A DNA stretch of 64,000 nucleotides from Candidatus Collierbacteria bacterium. GTDB lineage: Bacteria > Patescibacteriota > Microgenomatia > UBA1400 > MFAQ01. The stretch lies in the NCBI GenBank assembly GCA_903886255.1, contig CAISLM010000014.1:13562-77561 (forward strand), read 5' to 3'. Under the pieces are notes generated by a model, which was not told where the DNA came from, made no database searches, and saw only the letters and a program-made list of their open reading frames with translations. The position numbers and the translations under genes are program-made. Below are positions 57,357-64,000 of the stretch, in pieces (position 1 is the first letter of the stretch; the number at the start of each line of letters is the position of its first letter).

Positions 57357-58853
57357 ATGGACACGCAAGAAATCAACCTTATCCCGGCAGATCAAGCATT
57401 AGATAGTCAAAGAGACGAAGGTTTGCCCAGATCGGCTGAGGAAAAAAATGCTTTGCTGGAAAGGCAATATAACGACGGATTAGACACTGCGGCAAAAAAT
57501 AGTTTGCTGGAAATCGGGATTAACCCGGACGACAACGGACGATTTTCGCCAGAAACTTTTACCTTTGTTAGGAGAATTCTCAAGGAGCGCACAACTCCAT
57601 CAAAGCGAGGGAAACAATATTTGGCATCTGATTCACATTCAAAACGAATTGCCAATCTTATGTACCCATCTATAAAAACTGAGGATCCAAAAACTAAAAA
57701 AAGGTATGACAACTTCGTAACAAATGAAAGAATAATTTTGGAAGAAGGTCATCCCAACAAAAAAATAATAGAGATTCATTATGGTGCAGGAGAAACCGAT
57801 AAAGATTTGGAATTTATTGACCAAATTATTTCTGACCCAGAAAGTTTTGTGAAGGAAACTCTTGGAATTAACAGGCGGATTGGCGAACCATTAGAGTTAA
57901 GTTTAAATCTACGTTATCCCGCTGACATACCCCAAAATGAAAATGTTTTGCGGGAAATCAAAGAAAAAATAGAAGAAAATTCCAAAGATAAATTTAAGAT
58001 TTCTTTAGATTTATCTGTAAAAAATTTACCTTTCACTACTGAACAAATAAAAAAACTTGATGGGGTGATTGATAAACACAAAAAGGAGGTTGGAAGACAT
58101 CCATCTGAACAATATCTGGAAATAAGAGAAGCATCAGTTCGGAATGTTGTCGAAAATATATTAAGTGAACTTCCTGAAACATCAACCCTTTCAAAACTAA
58201 TTAAAATGGACTCCGATTTTGTCATCAAACAGATATATGAAAGTGTCAAAAACTATAAAGGCGGCAACCTCGAAGAAGCCATGGGATACGTTTTTGAGGC
58301 TGCGGTTGCAATTGAAATGAGAGATAACGTCTTTGACGATCAAATGTCCGAATTAATCTGGGGTGCGATGAATGCCAACAAATCAGCCAAAGGAGGAATC
58401 CTGGACCTCACCAGTTCAGACTTTAGAACCCTAAACAGTGAATATCAAAAGTATATGTCTGCTCACTGGTTAGGCCATGGCGACTTCGTTATTGATGAAA
58501 AAATTGCCGGAATTCCTACTGTCACAGCAATAATCGAATGTAAGGTTTCACCAAATGAACACATGCAGGATAGCGTAAGAGGTCAGATTTTAAACGAACT
58601 GGCAAATGTTCAGAAATTTATAGATAAGCACAGTGAAACCGGAAAAGGTGAACTAAGAACACTTTCGGAAAAAGATCTAAGAGTGATAGTCATAAGGCCG
58701 TTACCTGCAGGAAAGGACAATATTCCTAAAAACAGAATGGTCGGTTCAGAAATACTGGGCTCAAGTGTGGTCACAACAATCAGATCAGCAATTTCAACCG
58801 AGGATATGAACATCGTTCGCAAATACATGGGGGGGATCGAGCCGGCGGCTTAA
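57357..58853 (+). CDS. Hypothetical protein with a possible C-terminal PD-(D/E)XK nuclease-like domain
   Basis: GYVFEAAV...HGDFVI...IIECKVS motif order. Confidence 0.55.
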   Translation: MDTQEINLIPADQALDSQRDEGLPRSAEEKNALLERQYNDGLDTAAKNSLLEIGINPDDNGRFSPETFTFVRRILKERTTPSKRGKQYLASDSHSKRIANLMYPSIKTEDPKTKKRYDNFVTNERIILEEGHPNKKIIEIHYGAGETDKDLEFIDQIISDPESFVKETLGINRRIGEPLELSLNLRYPADIPQNENVLREIKEKIEENSKDKFKISLDLSVKNLPFTTEQIKKLDGVIDKHKKEVGRHPSEQYLEIREASVRNVVENILSELPETSTLSKLIKMDSDFVIKQIYESVKNYKGGNLEEAMGYVFEAAVAIEMRDNVFDDQMSELIWGAMNANKSAKGGILDLTSSDFRTLNSEYQKYMSAHWLGHGDFVIDEKIAGIPTVTAIIECKVSPNEHMQDSVRGQILNELANVQKFIDKHSETGKGELRTLSEKDLRVIVIRPLPAGKDNIPKNRMVGSEILGSSVVTTIRSAISTEDMNIVRKYMGGIEPAA

Positions 58854-58882
58854 TCTTTCCATTATCATTTTTGAAAACAAGC

Positions 58883-58902
58883 ATTTCGGGTATTGTTGGG
58901 TG
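58883..58902 (-). promoter_or_regulatory. Candidate LexA box upstream of uvrA
   Basis: Reverse complement CACCCAACAATACCCGAAAT matches the lexA-promoter repeats. Confidence 0.55.
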
Positions 58903-58924
58903 ATAGATGATAAAATAGAGCATT

Positions 58925-61849
58925 ATGCCCGAAATCTCACCATCCACTCATTTAATTATTCACGGGGCTCGTCAACACAATCTTAAAAATGTTGATCTGA
59001 CCATCCCAAAGAACAAACTTGTGGTTTTTACCGGAGTTTCAGGCAGTGGCAAATCTAGCATGGCTCACGACACGATCTACGCAGAAGGCCAACGCCGTTA
59101 CGTTGAGTCGCTAAGCTCATATGCTCGCCAATTCTTGGGTGTCATGGACAAGCCGGATGTTGACTCAATTGAAGGTTTATCACCGGCGATTCTCATTGAT
59201 CAGAAACAAGGCAGTCACAACCCAAGAAGCACTGTTGGTACAGTTACTGAAGTCTACGATTATCTCCGTCTCTTATTCGCCAGAATTGGCCATCCACATT
59301 GTCCCAAGTGTGGTCGCGAAATCATGCCCCAAGATATCAACCAGATATATAAATCTGTAGTTGAGCTAGCCGTTTCTCATCCTTTGTATCATAAACAAAA
59401 GGGGACACGTATTTTAATTTTGGCTCCCATTGTCAAAAACCAAAAAGGTGAATTTGCTGACCTTTTTCCCAATTTAAACAAACAAGGAATTGCGGAGGTG
59501 CGTGTTGATGGAAAAATTATTTCAACTCAATCAACACTTTCCCTTTTTAAAAATAATCGTCACAGCATTGAAGCAGTAATTGATAAATTAGTTATTGGAC
59601 AAGTTAATGGTGTTACAGAATATGAGAAACAACGCTTAATTGATTCAATTGAGCAATCAATAAAAATGGCTGATGGCGAAAGTATCATCAGTATTATCGG
59701 TGATGCTTCGCTTTCATTTCCGGAAAACCCGGAAATAATGGAGGACCATTTATTCTCACAAAAGTTGGCTTGTCCGGTCGACAACATTTCCATTCCCGAA
59801 CTAGAACCCCGATACTTTTCTTTTAATGCACCCGACGGCGCCTGTCCCGAGTGTACCGGTCTTGGTACAAAAATGGTTCTTGACACAGAAAGTATTATTT
59901 CTCCAACTCTAACTCTATATGAAGGAGCAATAATTCCATTAGCAGCTCAATTCGAAATGAGGACCTGGTTGGCCAAGCTCATTGTTGAAGCCATGCAATC
60001 GGTTGATTTTTCACCCACAACGCCTCTTTCGCAGATGACAGAAAAACAAAGTCACGCATTATTTTCCGGAACGGGAGATAAAATTTTCGCCGTAAAAGGG
60101 ATAAATCGTCACGGAAAAAACGTAGCATGGAAAAGTCGGTATGAAGGACTCGCAAAAGAATTTGAAAGAAGATATACCGAAAGCTCGTCTGAAGCCTTGA
60201 AAGAAGAAATCGAAAAATATTTAATTAAAAAAACATGTCCGGTCTGTAATGGTACTAGGTTAAAACCGGAAGTTCTGGGGGTCACTGTAGACGGAAAATC
60301 TATTAGTGATGTCACTTCACAATCAATTGAAAATACTGTTATATTTTTCGAAAATCTCGACGCTAAGCTCACAGTATCTGAAAAACAAATTAGTGAGCCA
60401 ATAGTAAAAGAAATTCAAGATAGATTAAGTTTCCTCGTATCTGTGGGACTGGACTACCTCACTCTCGGTAGAGAGTCAGGAACACTTTCAGGAGGAGAAC
60501 TTCAGCGTATTCGCTTAGCTAGTCAAATTGGTTCCCGCCTTACCGGAATACTTTATGTTCTTGATGAACCAACTATTGGATTGCATCAAAGAGACAATGC
60601 AAAGCTCATCAAAACCCTTCAGGAACTTGTTAATTTGGGAAACTCACTTGTTGTCGTGGAACATGACCAACAAACAATGGAGTCAGCTGATCACTTAGTC
60701 GAATTCGGTCCTCATGCCGGAGAAAAAGGCGGAGAGGTTACTTTTCAAGGAACACTCGAAGAAATGAAAAAGTCCGGATGTCTCACTGGTGAATATATAT
60801 CCGGAAAAAAGAAAATCATTGCCAATAAACCCAAAAATATTCCTGAAAGCCAAGGTTCAATTCGTCTCACCGGCTGTAATCATCACAACCTGAAAAAAAT
60901 AGATGCAGAATTTCCCTTAAATCGCTTTATCGCCATAACAGGAGTTTCCGGATCGGGAAAATCATCTTTAATTGTTGACACTTTATATGAGGCCCTTTCT
61001 CAAAAACTAAATTTAATGCACAGGAAGCAAGATATTCCTTACGGATCAATTCTAATCCCGGATATTGTTAAAAGAGTTTCTTTAATTGATCAAAGTCCTA
61101 TTGGGAAAACACCCAGAAGTAATCCCGCCACCTACACAAAAGTTTTCGATCACATTCGACAATTATTTTCAAATACACAAGAGGCTCGTTTCCGTGGATA
61201 CGGTCCGGGAAGATTTAGCTTTAATGTCAAAGGTGGCAGATGCGAAACCTGTCAAGGAGATGGTCAGCTTAAAATCGAGATGCAATTTATGGGAGACATA
61301 TATATCACATGCGAAACCTGTAAAGGTGCCAGATTTAATGAACCGACTCTCGAAGTAGAGTACAAAGGCAAAAATATTGCCGACGTTCTCAATATGACCA
61401 TGGATGACGCAGCTGTCTTTTTCAAAAATATTCCGGTAATCAGCAAAAAACTAGACACAATCAGAAAAGTCGGTCTTGGTTATATAAAACTCGGCCAATC
61501 CGCCCCCACATTATCGGGAGGAGAGGCCCAGCGTGTTAAGCTGGCAACCGAGCTTGCCAAAACGGGAAATGGCCACACAGTTTACATTCTCGATGAACCC
61601 ACAACGGGTCTTCACTTTGACGACTTAAACAAACTTGTTCAAACATTAGTCGATCTTGTAAATCAAAACAATACGGTAATTGTTATCGAACACAACCTTG
61701 ATGTCATTAAAAATGCCGACTACATCATCGACATGGGTCCCGAAGGGGGAGACGAAGGGGGAGAGATAATCGCTACAGGGAATCCACAGAAAGTTGCCGA
61801 TCATTTTGACACGCCAACCTCGCAGGAATTGCGAAAGCTTCTGTTGTAA
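58925..61849 (+). CDS. uvrA: Excinuclease ABC subunit A
   Basis: Two ABC domains (GVSGSGKSS twice, LSGGE twice) and zinc fingers. Confidence 0.97.
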   Translation: MPEISPSTHLIIHGARQHNLKNVDLTIPKNKLVVFTGVSGSGKSSMAHDTIYAEGQRRYVESLSSYARQFLGVMDKPDVDSIEGLSPAILIDQKQGSHNPRSTVGTVTEVYDYLRLLFARIGHPHCPKCGREIMPQDINQIYKSVVELAVSHPLYHKQKGTRILILAPIVKNQKGEFADLFPNLNKQGIAEVRVDGKIISTQSTLSLFKNNRHSIEAVIDKLVIGQVNGVTEYEKQRLIDSIEQSIKMADGESIISIIGDASLSFPENPEIMEDHLFSQKLACPVDNISIPELEPRYFSFNAPDGACPECTGLGTKMVLDTESIISPTLTLYEGAIIPLAAQFEMRTWLAKLIVEAMQSVDFSPTTPLSQMTEKQSHALFSGTGDKIFAVKGINRHGKNVAWKSRYEGLAKEFERRYTESSSEALKEEIEKYLIKKTCPVCNGTRLKPEVLGVTVDGKSISDVTSQSIENTVIFFENLDAKLTVSEKQISEPIVKEIQDRLSFLVSVGLDYLTLGRESGTLSGGELQRIRLASQIGSRLTGILYVLDEPTIGLHQRDNAKLIKTLQELVNLGNSLVVVEHDQQTMESADHLVEFGPHAGEKGGEVTFQGTLEEMKKSGCLTGEYISGKKKIIANKPKNIPESQGSIRLTGCNHHNLKKIDAEFPLNRFIAITGVSGSGKSSLIVDTLYEALSQKLNLMHRKQDIPYGSILIPDIVKRVSLIDQSPIGKTPRSNPATYTKVFDHIRQLFSNTQEARFRGYGPGRFSFNVKGGRCETCQGDGQLKIEMQFMGDIYITCETCKGARFNEPTLEVEYKGKNIADVLNMTMDDAAVFFKNIPVISKKLDTIRKVGLGYIKLGQSAPTLSGGEAQRVKLATELAKTGNGHTVYILDEPTTGLHFDDLNKLVQTLVDLVNQNNTVIVIEHNLDVIKNADYIIDMGPEGGDEGGEIIATGNPQKVADHFDTPTSQELRKLLL

Positions 61850-61858
61850 TATCAATAG

Positions 61859-63667
61859 ATGAAGAGAATTTCAGGGACAATACAAATAATTCTTCTTCTT
61901 ATTGTTACGCTAACTATTCCCCATAAAGTTTTCGGAATAGATAAGTTTAATACTGATTTCCAGAACTATTATCGAGTAGATCCAAATGGAAATACTCATG
62001 TTACTTTCCTAATAAACCAAACTAACAATCTCTCGGTCGTTTACGCCACCGACTTTGGCTTTAATATCAACGAGACAAAAATTAGCAACGTTAAAGTCAC
62101 AGATGAAGGTACAACGATAATTCCGGATATTGTAAAGACATTAAATCAAACTACAATTTCTTTTCCTTTTGCCAATAAAATAGTCGGCAAAGACAAAGTT
62201 CACACTTTCATCATTGAGTACGATACATCAGATATAGCTACAGAATTTGGAAACACCTGGCAGATAAATATTCCTCGACTGGAAACCGATGAAAATGTAT
62301 CAAGTCGAGAGGTTATACTGACAGTTCCCGGCAGCTTTCCAACTCCGGCATATATAGATCCAAAACCGGATACGATAAATAAAAATGCCTACTATTTTAG
62401 TGGTGATAGATTAAGTAACAAAGCGATTAGCGCCGTTTTTGGACAGACACAATTTTACAAAGGGTCCATTTCCTATCATTTGGTAAACGATTCCGATTCG
62501 CCAGTAACAACCGAGATCGCAATTCCTCCTAACACAGCTTATCAAACCATATTTATAGAAAAAATAGACCCCAAACCTCTTCAAATATCTTCCGACGAAG
62601 ATGGGAATTTTCTGGCAAAGTATCGTTTAGAGAGCAATTCTAAGACTGACGTAAATCTATCGATTTATATAAAACTAAACTTCATCCCCAAGCCAACAAC
62701 CATAATTCCCTCTGATAAACTTCTTCTGTCAAACGATATCTGGAACTTCGACAATGGTGTCTTTACTACCCCCGATATAAAAAATTTAATATCGGCAAAA
62801 TCAATTTATGATTTTGTTGCAGACAAACTGAAATATGATTATGAAAAGGTCAATCGTCAACAATCCCAAAAAACACCCGCGGCAGAGTCGTTAATAAATA
62901 GTCAGAGTGCTATCTGCACTGACTTCGCTAACGTCTTTGTCGCAATAGCGCGGAAGTCCGGTATTCCGGCTCGGGAATTGGAAGGCTTTGGTATATCGGA
63001 AAATCAAGACCTCAAACCTCTTTCGTTAACCCAAGATGTTTTGCATGCTTGGCCGGAATATTTTGATAGAAACAACAGTACGTGGATACAGATAGATCCA
63101 ACTTGGTCTAATACCACAAGGGGTATTGATTACTTTAACAAACTCGATTTTAACCATATCGTTTTTGCCATTCATGGAGTTAGCCCAGATTATCCAATTC
63201 CCGCAGGAGGCTACAAATACAAGGATGAAAAATCAAAAGACGTTTCTATTGAGCCGACAGATCCTGTCACCTTTCCGGAACCAACCTTCACAATTTTGTC
63301 CAGCAATCAAGAGGACAATAGTCTCAAAATTAATGTCAGCAACAATACCGGGGTTTCATATTCAGGCAATACCATAGCCGAGAAAGGCGATTATATAAAT
63401 GAAACAGAACAGCAAATAAACATTCCACCATTCGGAACTACAGAGATGAAATTTAAAGTCATTAAACAGCCACTCATCGGCCAAATTAAAACAAAAGCTA
63501 TAATCTATATCAATGGACAGCGTTTCGAACAAACAATTACTATCGAGCCAATCATCCCGCAGATTGCGTTTTTCTCCGTCATCGGAGTCATTTTGGCAGG
63601 GATTACCTTCCTTGCCAGGCATTTATATCTTCGAAGACAAAAACAAAAAACCATTATATATCGGTAA
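61859..63667 (+). CDS. Membrane-anchored transglutaminase-like protein
   Basis: Signal peptide, CTDFA / HAWPE / DPTW triad, C-terminal TM helix and basic tail. Confidence 0.85.
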   Translation: MKRISGTIQIILLLIVTLTIPHKVFGIDKFNTDFQNYYRVDPNGNTHVTFLINQTNNLSVVYATDFGFNINETKISNVKVTDEGTTIIPDIVKTLNQTTISFPFANKIVGKDKVHTFIIEYDTSDIATEFGNTWQINIPRLETDENVSSREVILTVPGSFPTPAYIDPKPDTINKNAYYFSGDRLSNKAISAVFGQTQFYKGSISYHLVNDSDSPVTTEIAIPPNTAYQTIFIEKIDPKPLQISSDEDGNFLAKYRLESNSKTDVNLSIYIKLNFIPKPTTIIPSDKLLLSNDIWNFDNGVFTTPDIKNLISAKSIYDFVADKLKYDYEKVNRQQSQKTPAAESLINSQSAICTDFANVFVAIARKSGIPARELEGFGISENQDLKPLSLTQDVLHAWPEYFDRNNSTWIQIDPTWSNTTRGIDYFNKLDFNHIVFAIHGVSPDYPIPAGGYKYKDEKSKDVSIEPTDPVTFPEPTFTILSSNQEDNSLKINVSNNTGVSYSGNTIAEKGDYINETEQQINIPPFGTTEMKFKVIKQPLIGQIKTKAIIYINGQRFEQTITIEPIIPQIAFFSVIGVILAGITFLARHLYLRRQKQKTIIYR

Positions 63668-64000
63668 ATCCATAAGCCTAAGGACCAGAATTAAACAACA
63701 CTTCGAAGGCTTCAAGGACGGCTCAACTAGTGCCGCAAGCTTTATTCCCCAAACAAAATTCTTATATTTCAAAATCGTAAATAACGACTTGGAAGCTGTC
63801 ATCACCGAAGCAAATTACATAAAGACATATTTACCCAGATATAACGTAATCACCAAAGATGGCAGGTCAAACATTTACATCATTTTCACAAACTCTCCCG
63901 ACACAAAAATAAAAATTATCCACGCAACCGACATCCAAACACTAGAATTGGATGATTACAAAAAACAAGTATTCGGTCCATACACTTCAACCAAAACTGC
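63513..64000 (+). CDS. uvrC: UvrC-like GIY-YIG endonuclease (3' partial)
   Basis: LPSLPGIYIF...LYIGKS..LRTRIKQHF...EANYIK..LPRYN...FGPY. Open from ATG 63513 (alternative TTG 63564) to the window end. Confidence 0.8.
   Translation, partial: MDSVSNKQLLSSQSSRRLRFSPSSESFWQGLPSLPGIYIFEDKNKKPLYIGKSISLRTRIKQHFEGFKDGSTSAASFIPQTKFLYFKIVNNDLEAVITEANYIKTYLPRYNVITKDGRSNIYIIFTNSPDTKIKIIHATDIQTLELDDYKKQVFGPYTSTKT

Noticed and set aside
701-63805. Numerous 60-165 aa antisense or alternate-frame ORFs in the track
   Set aside because: They lie within well-supported genes and lack motifs or expression signals.

Overview
An AT-rich, gene-dense bacterial chromosome window. Gene content and protein style suggest a Patescibacteria/CPR genome, probably Microgenomates (inference, not checked by search). 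From left to right: the 3' end of gatB; a radical SAM gene divergent from nrdR; an MgtC-family gene; dnaE, rplS and pyrH; an OmpR-type two-component system with a MacAB-like ABC exporter; a fermentation cluster (ADP-forming acyl-CoA synthetase fused to an FNR-like domain, 2-oxoacid:ferredoxin oxidoreductase, ferredoxin, a degenerate group-3b-like [NiFe]-hydrogenase module, PPDK); an accessory block including a GDP-sugar-phosphorylase-like/Rieske fusion; tRNA-Glu and tRNA-Lys; ruvCAB; holA; membrane proteins; a P-type ATPase; a DEAD-box helicase; pncB; a sugar/glycolysis cluster; rsmI and lexA; two Pro/Thr-rich lipoproteins; uvrB, uvrA, a transglutaminase-like gene and the start of uvrC. The most striking unexplained signal is a structured ~140-150 nt element 3' of each tRNA. 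The two copies share a 40-bp core (39/40 identical), but each is flanked by sequences specifically complementary to, and duplicating, the T-arm of its own tRNA. No CRISPR array, rRNA, transposase or integrase was seen.
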